Below, piece by piece: positions 19,307 to 29,669 of a stretch of 64,000 nucleotides of DNA (the stretch's first letter is position 1; every line of letters starts with the position of its first letter). The position numbers and the translations under genes were made by a program. The notes under the pieces are model-generated. The model searched no databases, was not told where the DNA came from, and worked only from the letters and a program-made list of their open reading frames with translations. The DNA is from an uncultured delta proteobacterium (lineage in GTDB: Bacteria; Desulfobacterota; Binatia; UBA9968), in contig CAVUVW010000013.1 in assembly GCA_963745035.1 (NCBI GenBank), positions 608,001-672,000 on the forward strand, read 5' to 3'.

Positions 19307-20350
19307 CTAATTATCTACCACGACTACAGGATCGTTATGAACCGTCCTATGCGGTTCTCCGTCGCTTTCCAACGACTTTGCGAGAATCGGCTCGCCGAGG
19401 GTGACAAACGGGTAGATCGCTCCTCCGATCAACCCAAACGCTATGGACCTCAATCGGAACAACAAGGCGAGACTGATGCTCACGGGAGCAGGGACGCCAA
19501 CAATCGTCAAAACATAAAAGTAGGCCCACTCCTGCAGGCCGATGCCGCCAAGGGAGAAGGGCACCATAAAAAGGATCAACAGAACCGGCACAGCGGCGAG
19601 CAGCCCCACGAAGGATACTGCCGCATGGAATGTGAGACAACCCACGTATACGGTGACGACCGACAAAAAATAGAACAAGATCGAATACCCACCCGCCTTT
19701 AAGAGAGCCTTCGGTTCATGCCTATACAGAGTTATGACCTGATGAAACGAGTTAATTTTTGCCAGACATTTTTGAATCGTCTTCCCGGGCAGCCATTTTT
19801 GCGCGAGCCTCAGCCATGACTCGTTCAAGATCATCCACAGCATTCCCACGTAAGCTACGGCCGCAATCGTGATAGGCGCAACCAGTCTGATATCCGCCCG
19901 TAGCTTCTGATCCAATGCGATCGCCAGCAAACCAAATAATACCAGCACGGTATAACCGACGAATCTTTCCACGAAGACCGATGCCATCGCATCCGTAAAC
20001 TTCCCATAAGCCTTGCCCAGCGCGTAGCCGCGCACAACATCGCCGCCCACGCTTGTCGGCAAAAAGTTATTAAAGAAGGCGCCGATCAAGTAAAGCGAGA
20101 CCAGATAGCGCACCGGCGCATGAATCCCGCGCGCCTCGGCAAGAACGCGCCATTTCACCGCATTGGGCACAATCACGACGAAACCCAATAAGACATAGAG
20201 CCCCATGTACGGTACGTGGGCGCCCTTGAGATGCCGCCAGACCTCATCCCATTCCACCTGATCGACCAGGTAAGCCAAAAACAAGAGACTTACACAGATC
20301 TTGAGACCTACGCCCAGCAATTTTCGCGGCAAGTGCAAAGTTATTCGCAT
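19307..20350 (-). CDS. Lysylphosphatidylglycerol-synthase TM (UPF0104, flippase-like) domain protein
   Basis: FFNNFLPTSVGGDVVR, SVFVERFVG and PFSLGGIGLQE motifs; multi-pass membrane protein. Confidence 0.85.
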   Translation of the reverse strand: MRITLHLPRKLLGVGLKICVSLLFLAYLVDQVEWDEVWRHLKGAHVPYMGLYVLLGFVVIVPNAVKWRVLAEARGIHAPVRYLVSLYLIGAFFNNFLPTSVGGDVVRGYALGKAYGKFTDAMASVFVERFVGYTVLVLFGLLAIALDQKLRADIRLVAPITIAAVAYVGMLWMILNESWLRLAQKWLPGKTIQKCLAKINSFHQVITLYRHEPKALLKAGGYSILFYFLSVVTVYVGCLTFHAAVSFVGLLAAVPVLLILFMVPFSLGGIGLQEWAYFYVLTIVGVPAPVSISLALLFRLRSIAFGLIGGAIYPFVTLGEPILAKSLESDGEPHRTVHNDPVVVVDN

Positions 20351-21437
20351 GAGTCAGCCGCCTTGCTTCACTGTTCCGCGCGGGACGAACTACGGCTGTT
20401 TTGACTCTGATGCTCTGCGCTGAACGGGATAAATAATACAGAAACCAGGTGTTCGTTTCTTTGTCGAAAAAAGTAGTGGCGTGATTCAGATCGTGAAAAC
20501 GATACACTTGCAACGGATCGCTGAGGGAATCCGGGCGTAGCGCCGACGCGGTTCTAGCTTCGATGATGGTATCGGTAAAATCTCGAACGATAAAAAGTGC
20601 GATTCTATCCTGCCCCAACCAAACCGGATCTCCTCCACCGATCACGTAGCTGCCTCGCGTAATCACTCCTTTCGATTCACCCAGCTTATCCTGGCTCGGC
20701 CCGGATGCGATGCCCAGGTTCCAATAAATGGGCTCGCGCCAGAGAGCATGATCGATCAGCCGGCGACGCATGCCGCTTTTTGCAATGTAGTAGACATGCC
20801 ATTTTCCACCGACATGGAGGACTCCTACCGGGAATAGTTCGTCGCCCCTCCCCCAGACCGCTTTGTCTCGATAGGAGAGGATGACCCCCTTATCCGTGAA
20901 CTGCAGACCGTTGACTGAGGAGGCTAGACGTATGTCGCTGGTAACCGATTCCGACGTTTTGCTGTGGGCATTCATCGCTCCGTAATAGATAACGATATTT
21001 CCTTCGTGATCTAGCGTGCCGCCCGCTGAGAAAATCCCTTCCTCCTCGTTTTGATTCGGCAGGAATGTCAGAATCGGATTACCGGAATACTTTGTAAACC
21101 GAATCCCGTCCCTGCTCGTCGCCACCCCAAGCGCTCGATGGCGCGCATCGCCGTCTGTCGAGCGATTACCATCCGCCCCGATATAATAGAGAAAATATAC
21201 TCCTTCTTTTTTAACCACCGTAGCGGGACTGATCATTCCACCAAGTCTTGTGTCCCATGTTCCCGGAGCACCGGGCGATAGCACGATTCCACGATCCACC
21301 CAATCGGACTGCCTTGGGATTTCAAGGCCGAGTTGCTGTTGTGCGAATGCTTCGACGCTACCCAAGCGAAGTCCGGCCATCGTTAGAACTGCCAGAATAA
21401 GGATCGCCCATAACGGCGTGTAAACGCGGTTCACCAT
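20244..21437 (-). CDS. Secreted five-bladed beta-propeller glycoside hydrolase-like protein; probable true stop near 20354
   Basis: Signal peptide; blade-like repeats PGAPGTWD, YFLYYIG, LGVATSRDGIRFTKYSGNPIL, WHVYY, WFLYY. The 107 nt overlap with the next gene disappears if one base is removed (TGA at 20354-20356). Confidence 0.65.
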   Translation of the reverse strand: MVNRVYTPLWAILILAVLTMAGLRLGSVEAFAQQQLGLEIPRQSDWVDRGIVLSPGAPGTWDTRLGGMISPATVVKKEGVYFLYYIGADGNRSTDGDARHRALGVATSRDGIRFTKYSGNPILTFLPNQNEEEGIFSAGGTLDHEGNIVIYYGAMNAHSKTSESVTSDIRLASSVNGLQFTDKGVILSYRDKAVWGRGDELFPVGVLHVGGKWHVYYIAKSGMRRRLIDHALWREPIYWNLGIASGPSQDKLGESKGVITRGSYVIGGGDPVWLGQDRIALFIVRDFTDTIIEARTASALRPDSLSDPLQVYRFHDLNHATTFFDKETNTWFLYYLSRSAQSIRVKTAVVRPARNSEARRLTHANNFALAAKIAGRRSQDLCKSLVFGLPGRSGGMG

Positions 21438-21482
21438 GCTAAGTCGCTCACGTCTTGGACGAATTGAGGCAAGACCTGACCC

Positions 21483-22397
21483 TCATCCATAAAGCCGCGC
21501 CCAACGAATGGCGCCGACAAAAAGGCCTAGTAAGTACTTGAATTCCCCACGAGGCAGACGCTTCTGATGCCATGCTCGCAGCGGAATCCGTGCACAACTC
21601 CGGAGAACGTCATAGCTCATCCGTTTGAGCATGTAGGAATCCTTCAGGCTTAGATATTTGGCGTAGAATGCCCCTTGGGCTCGCCCATAATTCCATTGGA
21701 GTGAGGCATATTCAGCGCTGCCACGCCATGCTCGGTGAATGACGACCGCCTCATGAGCGTGCAAGATCGCGTATCCAGCCTCAAGCAGCCGCAAACCAAA
21801 ATCGTTGTCCTCAGCGCCCGGAAAATTGGTGCCGGGGCCAATCCGCTCATCAAAAAGTCCAATCTCTTGCACGGCGGAGCGATGGAACGCCGCATTTTGC
21901 AGGTAAAGAACATCCTCTCCAATGCGCCCCTTGTACATCACCGCCTGGGTCTCGGTAGTTGTAGAGGGTGAGAACCCGCCGCCTATTTCAGCTTCACCCG
22001 GAATTACTCGTCCCGTTACCACGGTTCGGGATGGCGCGTCTCGTAATGTGGTTACGATGGTTTGGAACCACGTCGGTGTAACCACCACATCGTCCTGAGT
22101 AAACACGAGTATGTCATAGCGCGCCGCCTGGATTCCATCGTTGTTGGCTCGACTTAAGCCTATCGAGCGAGTCCACAAATAACGCAGCTCACATTCCCCC
22201 GGCGCCGACAAGCTCGCAAGATCTGAATGCACCTCGTCACTATCGTCGACGATAATCACTTCATTGGGGAGGGTATTGCCTTCCAAGACGGACGCAACGA
22301 GATGTTCTAGAAGCTGCGGGCGATTACGAGAACAAATAATAACGGACGTGCCTGGTAGAACGTTCACAGTAGGTGATCCCTGTTCGTTCACTCTCAT
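21483..22397 (-). CDS. GT2 glycosyltransferase
   Basis: SVIICSRNR, IIVDDS, GLSRANNDG, FTQDD, FDERIGPG and AEDNDF motifs. Confidence 0.88.
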   Translation of the reverse strand: MRVNEQGSPTVNVLPGTSVIICSRNRPQLLEHLVASVLEGNTLPNEVIIVDDSDEVHSDLASLSAPGECELRYLWTRSIGLSRANNDGIQAARYDILVFTQDDVVVTPTWFQTIVTTLRDAPSRTVVTGRVIPGEAEIGGGFSPSTTTETQAVMYKGRIGEDVLYLQNAAFHRSAVQEIGLFDERIGPGTNFPGAEDNDFGLRLLEAGYAILHAHEAVVIHRAWRGSAEYASLQWNYGRAQGAFYAKYLSLKDSYMLKRMSYDVLRSCARIPLRAWHQKRLPRGEFKYLLGLFVGAIRWARLYG

Positions 22398-22536
22398 GCC
22401 TTGACTCCCATGTTGTTTCGCATGCCGCGTACTCTGCAGAAAAGATTCACGCTATTCAAAATCGACTTGCCTAGTAAAGCAATGATCGGAGTAGCTCATC
22501 GGTCGACTGCACAGTGGGAGAATTATCCAATGCCGA

Positions 22537-23511
22537 TCAACTACCCAGCCAATGTCTCAACCAGCGGGCGAAGGTTGCGCCATCGAAGTTGTGCGGCCAT
22601 AATCTTGGCAACTGAAAAGGATCGCTCCCGCGCCAAATAACATCGGCATGGCTGGCGCATGCGCAACGAAATCCTGCTTCTCGAACCACCTTTTCCGTAA
22701 CCCGCGATGACGATCCATTTGGAAAACAAAAACTCGTGACAGGTCTTCCGAGAAGCCCCTCGAGTTCGAGCTTGCTCGTCGAGATCTCCTGTTGCTGGCG
22801 AGCCTCGGTCAACGTGGAAAGAAACGGGTGCGTCACCGTGTGCGCGCCGACATCGACCACTCCGCCCGCCGCTAGCTCACAAATCTCGCTCTCCGTCATT
22901 GCTCGAATCGGTGATTCTGGATTCGACTTTCGCCCAACAACGTTCCGTAACTGCGCGAAGGCGTCCGCCCGCCCGTCGCCAGACAGGTGTCGCATAAAGT
23001 CGTAAACGGCCCAAACGAGATTTTTCCGCCGTTTCACATCAGCGGGGCGCGTCAGCGTTCGCTCGAGGCTACGGCCATCCGCGATCAGACGGATTTGCTC
23101 CGGCAACGGCGAGCTAGGCCGAAAAATTTCCGCCAGTTCGTCCCACCAGAATTTCCTGCCCATATAGCCCGTGGCGACGAAGACTGTCGCCGGACATTCA
23201 TGGCGCAGCAGCAAAGACTTCGCATAATGCAGATTGTCGACATAGCCATCGTCCAGCGTAATCGCCACGGAACCAGGCGGCAAGTCGTGTCGTTGAAGCG
23301 ATTCCGTCAGATCTCGCAAAGATATCGGCACCGCGTACTTTCGCACCGCCTCCAAGTGTTCGGCAAAGAATCGCGGCGTGACGCTCAACGAGTAGGGATC
23401 CCACTCGGATTCATCAGCCACTCGATGGTAGCCCAAAATCAGCGCCCGCGATCCGCGAAAACGGCTGCGCAGCCAAGCGGCCGATTTTCTAAACGTTCTA
23501 AGTCCGTACAT
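22537..23511 (-). CDS. Polysaccharide deacetylase (CE4/NodB domain)
   Basis: LGYHRV, ITLDDGY, GAHTVTHP and FCFPNG motifs. Confidence 0.9.
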   Translation of the reverse strand: MYGLRTFRKSAAWLRSRFRGSRALILGYHRVADESEWDPYSLSVTPRFFAEHLEAVRKYAVPISLRDLTESLQRHDLPPGSVAITLDDGYVDNLHYAKSLLLRHECPATVFVATGYMGRKFWWDELAEIFRPSSPLPEQIRLIADGRSLERTLTRPADVKRRKNLVWAVYDFMRHLSGDGRADAFAQLRNVVGRKSNPESPIRAMTESEICELAAGGVVDVGAHTVTHPFLSTLTEARQQQEISTSKLELEGLLGRPVTSFCFPNGSSSRVTEKVVREAGFRCACASHADVIWRGSDPFQLPRLWPHNFDGATFARWLRHWLGS

Positions 23512-24247
23512 GGTCGATACGCGCAGCCTTAGTCACTCGAACAGTGATAAGAACCTGGTAATCCGGATCGTCCGCTTCGAGATCATCCACTCGAACGTCT
23601 TCGGTAGCGAGGCCATGAAGAAAAGCGACCGCGGAAAGAACGTTACCACGGGCCTGAACCTGAACTTCAGCTCCATGGCATGCTTCGAATAGCCGCGTGG
23701 CGGAAGCGAGAGTAAACCGCCAATAGTCTCCAAGAACGCCGTCGCCGTGCACGATTCTGCTGATTCCCGGTACGGTCGCCAGCAAGACTCCACCCGGACT
23801 CAGCAGTCGATAAAGCGTCGCGACCGCCGCCGGCACGTCATAGATGAGCTGAAGCGTTTGCGTACAAATAATACAATCGAACGTTTCGGAAGGCAGTTGC
23901 GGGGCTGACGCGAGATTGGCGGTCAACGTTGCCTTGGGGTTTCCTTCAACAACATGGAGAATATCGCTTTTGGCAACTCGTTTCCCACCGTAGCGGCGGG
24001 TATATTCATTGTCTCCTATTTCCAACACGCGACCTCGCACGTCACGAGAATATTTCGACAGAAATCGCTCCATGTAGTAACGGTCGACGGGGACTCCTCG
24101 ATCGAACCCCCAACTTTTGCTGATGGGTTCAATTTGCTCAAGGTCTCCCCACGTCACTCTTCCGACAGGCGGCCGGCACGTATGGCGCTTGATAAACCGG
24201 CTCACCGGCCCGGTGAATTTTTTCAGTGCTGTAAGATTTTGGTACAT
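23498..24247 (-). CDS. Class I SAM-dependent methyltransferase
   Basis: WGFDRGVPVDRYY, VLEIGD, FDCIICTQTL and LSPGGVLL motifs. Start taken at MYQNL (track ORF extends to 24334). Confidence 0.85.
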   Translation of the reverse strand: MYQNLTALKKFTGPVSRFIKRHTCRPPVGRVTWGDLEQIEPISKSWGFDRGVPVDRYYMERFLSKYSRDVRGRVLEIGDNEYTRRYGGKRVAKSDILHVVEGNPKATLTANLASAPQLPSETFDCIICTQTLQLIYDVPAAVATLYRLLSPGGVLLATVPGISRIVHGDGVLGDYWRFTLASATRLFEACHGAEVQVQARGNVLSAVAFLHGLATEDVRVDDLEADDPDYQVLITVRVTKAARIDHVRT

Positions 24248-24275
24248 AAACTTCCCCTTGAGTTGCGAAGCCGGC

Positions 24276-25751
24276 CTACGGCGATGCGGGAGCGAGACCG
24301 ATAACGCGCGCGAGCGGCGGAAACGCGCGAACAAGGTTGCGACCTACTCCAAAATCAAACCTGTAATCTACGTACCACAGTAGACCTGCCATAATAGCTG
24401 AGCCCGTTAGAACACTCATCGCTAAACCGAGCAATCCCTGAAGGAGGTAGTCCATTCCAAGCGCAATGACAGCGCCGGCGAGAGAGACGCAACCAATGGC
24501 CGCGATGGGCGCTCCGAGCCTCTGGAACGGCCGGGAGAGCATTCGCCGCGTGAACCCCATACTGACCCCTTGAGAGACACTGGTACCAATCAGCCAAGCC
24601 ACTGCGACTCCGATAAGACCATAATCGCTGATCAACAGCATCGCGCAAATGATAGCGAGGAAGGACTGGATCGCTTCCAGTGCTGTGGCTTTGTAAGGTT
24701 GGCCAAGTCCGTGGACAAGCGCGATCGTCAACTCTCCGATAGGTGAGACAATACTTGCAATCGCAAGTAGCTGAATAATGGGTCCCGTGCCATTCCATTT
24801 CGATCCGAGCAGATTCTCTATGAGCGATGGCGCCAAAAATATAATAAGTGCGCACAGTGGGATCAACAGCACGAACATGCCGACTAATGTCGCGCGAAAT
24901 ATTTTACCGACTTGCTGTACATCGGACTTAACCTGAGCATAAAGCGGAAAGGCTACTGCGCCAATCACCTCTTTAGCTATTTCCCCAGGCAAAAAAGCGA
25001 GCCTGGCCGCGAGGAAATAAATCCCTAACTCCATCGTGCCGAGCCGTTGCGAAATGAGCGCCCGCATCACCGCGGCTCCTGTGACCGCAATCAAACCGGT
25101 CAACAAAATCCAACGACCGAAGCTGACGAGGTCTCGAACCGTCTCAGCATCGAGGTGTAGCCGTGGGCGGTAGGGCGCCACTATATAGGAGATCGCCGCA
25201 TACGCCGTCGATCCCGCAAGGGCGCCGGCGACAAGGGCCCATACGCCTAGATACGGCGCCAGCGCTATCGCGATAATGGTATCTGCCAAGGCTTTGATGA
25301 CGCCCGTGATTGCAATAGAGCGAAACTTTAGATTTCGCGTCAAATCCGCCAGTCGAATACTGGCCATCTGTTCGATAAGAGTTACGATCGCAAGACCGCG
25401 TATAATGTTTGCGGCGCGGGGCTCATGAAATATCGCGGCAACCACCGAAGCCCCGATCAGGAGACCTCCCGTTATGACTAGGCCGCGAATAAACCCCACT
25501 GTCCAAGCCGCGTGGTAGTGCTTTTCGTCGACTTCGGCGCGTTGTACGAGGGCGGGAAGAATTCCAAAATCCGTCACGAGCAACAGGAACCCGCTCGCCG
25601 TGGTGGCGATGGCCAAGAGACCGAAATCCTCCGGGGCGAGAAGCCTCGCCAACACCAACAGGCGAACAATATGGAGAATCTTTACGCCACCGAGCTGGAC
25701 GCCTTTCCAAACAATCGCAGCTCCGGTTAGTCTATATAGTTCGGCTTTCAA
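24276..25751 (-). CDS. wzx: Polysaccharide flippase (WzxC-like)
   Basis: LARLLAPEDFGL, DFGILPALVQ, GVWALV and LLGSKW motifs; many TM helices. Confidence 0.9.
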   Translation of the reverse strand: MKAELYRLTGAAIVWKGVQLGGVKILHIVRLLVLARLLAPEDFGLLAIATTASGFLLLVTDFGILPALVQRAEVDEKHYHAAWTVGFIRGLVITGGLLIGASVVAAIFHEPRAANIIRGLAIVTLIEQMASIRLADLTRNLKFRSIAITGVIKALADTIIAIALAPYLGVWALVAGALAGSTAYAAISYIVAPYRPRLHLDAETVRDLVSFGRWILLTGLIAVTGAAVMRALISQRLGTMELGIYFLAARLAFLPGEIAKEVIGAVAFPLYAQVKSDVQQVGKIFRATLVGMFVLLIPLCALIIFLAPSLIENLLGSKWNGTGPIIQLLAIASIVSPIGELTIALVHGLGQPYKATALEAIQSFLAIICAMLLISDYGLIGVAVAWLIGTSVSQGVSMGFTRRMLSRPFQRLGAPIAAIGCVSLAGAVIALGMDYLLQGLLGLAMSVLTGSAIMAGLLWYVDYRFDFGVGRNLVRAFPPLARVIGLAPASP

Positions 25752-25823
25752 GATGAGGATCTCTCGACAGATCTCTTTCCGCTAGCCGGAATTCGCGTCA
25801 AAGAAAAACACCGAAGCAAGCGG

Positions 25824-26771
25824 TTACTTGCGCCAATATCCTCGCGCAAGTTGAAACGGCGCCTTGAAGTTGCCTTTAGCACTCTCTCTAAAGATTGTGC
25901 GCAGACCTAACAACGGCAGCAATAAATTAAAACAGTACCATTGAAGAGTCGAGGCATGGCGTTTCAAAAACTTGCGAAGGTTTTGTCCCTTCAGAGCCGC
26001 GTATTCCGAATTATAGCCGCCGAATCCTGTCTTATTGCCCTTGTGATAAACGATCGATTTGGGCACATAGCGAAACGAGTAACCCTGCTCTTTGACGCGC
26101 AGGGAAAAATCAAGATCCTCGGGACCATACGGGTTAAATTGCGAATCAAAACCACCGCACTTCTCAATCACCTTACGGCGAGCCATGGCTATTCCCGCTG
26201 GAACACAAGCCGGTATCGTCGGACCATCGTATTGACCTCGGTCAATTTCTCCGTAGCCGCGCCGCCCTGTCTGCCCCGTCCAAAAACTAATATTCGAGCC
26301 GCCCGCGCTATCCAGTCGGTTCTCCCCATGCATGATGTATAACTTTGGTGTAGCAATTCCGATGGTGGGGTCGGCCTCGAGGGCTGCAATCAACGGTCTT
26401 AGAACATCTTTCGCGACCACGGTGTCATTGTCACAATAAAAACAGTAATCGTAGGCGAAATGATCACGGGCGTACGCGATGCCTAAATTTCGACCGCCCG
26501 CCACACCTGCATTGCTCCGGCTATAGACGACGTGCACGTTTGGAAATTCCTTGTTGACCGCTTCGCGGGTGCCGTCCATCGACGCATTGTCGACGAGTAC
26601 TATCTCTAATCGTGGATACTCAACGAATCGGAAGCTCCGCAAACATCGGATCGTGTCTTCCTTCTGATTGCAGGTCAGTATGACAGCGACAACAAGTGGT
26701 TCGTGTAGAAAAGAATTTTCCGGTGGGTTGCGCATTGAGCAGTTTATTCGAAGTCGCTGCGACGATGACAC
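25824..26771 (-). CDS. GT2 glycosyltransferase (rhamnosyltransferase-like)
   Basis: LVDNASMDGT, NAGVAGGRNLG, DNDT and EDLDFSLR motifs. Confidence 0.88.
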   Translation of the reverse strand: MSSSQRLRINCSMRNPPENSFLHEPLVVAVILTCNQKEDTIRCLRSFRFVEYPRLEIVLVDNASMDGTREAVNKEFPNVHVVYSRSNAGVAGGRNLGIAYARDHFAYDYCFYCDNDTVVAKDVLRPLIAALEADPTIGIATPKLYIMHGENRLDSAGGSNISFWTGQTGRRGYGEIDRGQYDGPTIPACVPAGIAMARRKVIEKCGGFDSQFNPYGPEDLDFSLRVKEQGYSFRYVPKSIVYHKGNKTGFGGYNSEYAALKGQNLRKFLKRHASTLQWYCFNLLLPLLGLRTIFRESAKGNFKAPFQLARGYWRK

Positions 26772-26908
26772 TCATCATCGCTGCTTTTGCCGTTTTTAGG
26801 ACTCCGCACCATCTGCCGAGAACTGATCAAGGGAAATTTCAACGCGCCTTTTCAACTGGTCCGCGGATACTGGAACAAATGAACGACCACGGGCCGATCT
26901 CAATTCGA

Positions 26909-28051
26909 TCAATCCCGCCTCTTTGCAATTTCCACCGCCGCATGCGCCTCTATCGCGCTTACAGGGTGCGGATCCTTCGGATGATTCGTCTCTAGATATC
27001 CTCGATCAACGATGTAATCGAAAAGACTCTCGGCTACGGCGGCATGACCCGCGGCAGTCCAGTGACCGTCCAAGCGATAGTAGAGCGCGAGCCGATCAGT
27101 TCGCGCTCTGAAAATTGGTGTTAAATCGATAAAGTCTGCGCCCGCCTCATGGGTGCCTTGTTCAACAACGGCGACGGCCCGAATAGGAGGCGCGCTTTCC
27201 GAGACCACCGGCGTTTGGCCCGGCGAGAACAGGAAGAGAGTGTGGGCGCCAAGCCGTTTCGCGGTCGCCGCCACCCGCTGCAGCAGAGCAATCGCGCGCC
27301 GCCCGTCCTCATCGGTAAAATCCTCTCCGTGCGTAGCCCCAAGATTTCCCATGAGCCCAGCGCGCATCGCGATATAACCGAGCCTTTCGCTTACCAGTTT
27401 GGCGAGATGGCTGTGATTTTTGAGCCACTTGTGTGCGCGTAACCAGATCGGCTGGCCTAGAAACGGATCTTTGCCTCCCTGTTTGCTGACCAGCCAACCC
27501 TCTCGCACTTCGGCATTGTCCCGCGCAGGAACTCGATTTTCGATGAAATCGTTGTCCGGCAAGAATTGAAGAATTACCAAATCCGGATCGAGAGCCGTGG
27601 CACGGCTGAGCAGGAAGTGCAACTGATCCGCGGTGCCGTACCCCGGGACGCCGGCATTGATGACCTGAATGTCTCGTTCGGGGAAACGACTGGCGAGTGC
27701 CTTTTCGAGACGGACGGTAAACATCTCCGCCTCACTCACACCAAAGCCCCACGTGAATGAATCTCCCAGACAAACCACCCGGAAGGAATTCGCTTTCCGA
27801 GGTCGCGGGTCGACACCTCTTTGGCTAATCTGGTTGATTGTGAAGTGGTAATGGAACTCGGGGCGGGACAGGATCGCGCTAAACCCCGGCGTGAGCACGT
27901 AGCCGACGGCGTCATCCGTTACATACATCCCTCGGGGATGAATGTCGAAGATCTGTGGCGAAGCAAACCTCAGACACAACTCAGCGCCGAGCAGCCCGAT
28001 TGCAAGCGATCCCGCTACCAGCAATAAGTTAGCGATTCCAGGTCTTCTCAT
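26909..28051 (-). CDS. SGNH/GDSL hydrolase-fold protein (AlgX/AlgJ-like acyltransferase or esterase)
   Basis: N-terminal membrane anchor; LGDSFTWG (block I), NAGVPGYG, NDF and DGHWTAAGH (DxH). Confidence 0.87.
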   Translation of the reverse strand: MRRPGIANLLLVAGSLAIGLLGAELCLRFASPQIFDIHPRGMYVTDDAVGYVLTPGFSAILSRPEFHYHFTINQISQRGVDPRPRKANSFRVVCLGDSFTWGFGVSEAEMFTVRLEKALASRFPERDIQVINAGVPGYGTADQLHFLLSRATALDPDLVILQFLPDNDFIENRVPARDNAEVREGWLVSKQGGKDPFLGQPIWLRAHKWLKNHSHLAKLVSERLGYIAMRAGLMGNLGATHGEDFTDEDGRRAIALLQRVAATAKRLGAHTLFLFSPGQTPVVSESAPPIRAVAVVEQGTHEAGADFIDLTPIFRARTDRLALYYRLDGHWTAAGHAAVAESLFDYIVDRGYLETNHPKDPHPVSAIEAHAAVEIAKRRD

Positions 28052-28063
28052 TCGCCCTCTGGC

Positions 28064-29245
28064 TCAGCCGCCAGAAACAATTGGAGCGCCTACGGAAAAA
28101 TCCGGAGCTACTAGATTCTCGAGAATGGCTAACGTCTCCATGGCGCACTTGTCCCAGCGAAACATTTTCGAGCGCTCTAGGCCTTGGCGTGACAGGGAAT
28201 TTCGCAGATGCGAGCTTGAGAGCAATTTTTCGATCGCCGCGGCGATATCTTCGGACCGCCGCGGGTCCACGAAGAGTGCGGCGTCGCCAGCCAGCTCCTT
28301 CAAGCCGTTTTGATTCGAGGTAATGATCGGCGTGCCGCACGCCATCGCTTCTGTAATCGGGATCGGAAAGGCTTCCATATTGGAGGGGTACAGAAAAAGA
28401 TCAGCCAGTGAATAGACGACCGGAAGGTCCTCCTGTTCGATCCAGCCGGGAAAGACGACGTTTCTCCCGTATCCATCGCCCGGGATGTGGTAGTCTCGAA
28501 TGAAGTTCTGGCAATCCTTTCCCCCGACGACGAGCTTGTGCGGGATCGTTTCGTGAATCCTCTGATAGGCGCTGAGAATGCCACCGATATTTTTTCGTCC
28601 GCCATCGCCATATCTCTGCAAGGTGAGAATGAATTTTTTCGGCAGACCGTACTTGGCGACAACCCTCTGGCGCGTCGATTCCGCCTCCACGCGGTGAAAA
28701 TGCTCCCCCGGGCCGAAGTACACCGTTTTGACTTTGCCGGGAGGCAGCTTGAAAAGCTTGTTGTAGATATCGGTCGTGAGCTGCGAAACCGAGAGGATCG
28801 CAGCTGCTTTTCTGCAGTAGAGCGGCATCATCAGATTGATGTACTTCAGATCCCAACTTTTCCAGAATTTACTATGTTCGGGAATAAACCAGCCGGCGCC
28901 ATGCAACACCATGACAGTCTTGCAGGGGGCGAGCAAAGGAACGGTGAATTTGGGATGAAGGAGCACGTCGAGCCGCGACTTCCAGGTTATGTAGGGAACG
29001 GCAACTTGATCCCAAAACGCCTTGTTCGGGGCATAGACGACCCTTTCTGTGACGTTTGCGTGGTGCGCAAAACGGCCCACGTGCGCGGGATTCGAGTATA
29101 GAAGAACGTAATGATTGCGCCGATCAAGCTCGAGCAGCTTTTGGGTCAGATATCGGGTGTAGACGCCTACTCCGCCTTTTTCATCGAACGCCCGTAGCAT
29201 GATACCGATACGCATTTGGTCCTCCACCCTGCAATAATGATTCAA
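28064..29245 (-). CDS. GT4 glycosyltransferase
   Basis: GGVGVY, RKNI and YPSNMEAFPIPITEAMACG (EX7E). Probable start at MRIGIM. Confidence 0.9.
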   Translation of the reverse strand: MNHYCRVEDQMRIGIMLRAFDEKGGVGVYTRYLTQKLLELDRRNHYVLLYSNPAHVGRFAHHANVTERVVYAPNKAFWDQVAVPYITWKSRLDVLLHPKFTVPLLAPCKTVMVLHGAGWFIPEHSKFWKSWDLKYINLMMPLYCRKAAAILSVSQLTTDIYNKLFKLPPGKVKTVYFGPGEHFHRVEAESTRQRVVAKYGLPKKFILTLQRYGDGGRKNIGGILSAYQRIHETIPHKLVVGGKDCQNFIRDYHIPGDGYGRNVVFPGWIEQEDLPVVYSLADLFLYPSNMEAFPIPITEAMACGTPIITSNQNGLKELAGDAALFVDPRRSEDIAAAIEKLLSSSHLRNSLSRQGLERSKMFRWDKCAMETLAILENLVAPDFSVGAPIVSGG

Positions 29246-29396
29246 CTTCGTTCCGCGCCCGCCTTCTCGGGAAAGCGGCGAAAAAAAATATCGAGGCGCT
29301 TTCTGTTGATTAGATTTGGGACTTCACTCTAAGGAAGAAAGACCGCGGCACGGATGAAGAGGGTTCATCCGCGGCTGCGTAACAGATCGGGAAGGT

Positions 29397-29669
29397 TTAA
29401 CGGCGTTTCGACAGAATTTTCTCCACATCCCGCAGGCATGCGATCTCGGTGACTTCTTTATCGCTTAATGCGGTTTCAAAGACCTCTTCGATTTCCGCGA
29501 TCAGCCTCAAGTGGCTGACTGAATCCCAGCCGCCGATCTCGTCGCGTTGGATATTTTCGCGGTCCGAGTCGATCTCGATCTGAAAAATATCGGCGAAAAT
29601 CGCAGCGACCTTCCGGTGCAACTCCGGATCGATCATCGCTCCGCCAAATGTCCCTTCATTGACGTTCAA
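29397..29669 (-). CDS. Stand-alone acyl carrier protein
   Basis: Small acidic protein with the GWDSVSHL phosphopantetheine site and IEEVFE. Its start overlaps the AMP-ligase stop; alternative ATG at 29636. Confidence 0.87.
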   Translation of the reverse strand: MNVNEGTFGGAMIDPELHRKVAAIFADIFQIEIDSDRENIQRDEIGGWDSVSHLRLIAEIEEVFETALSDKEVTEIACLRDVEKILSKRR

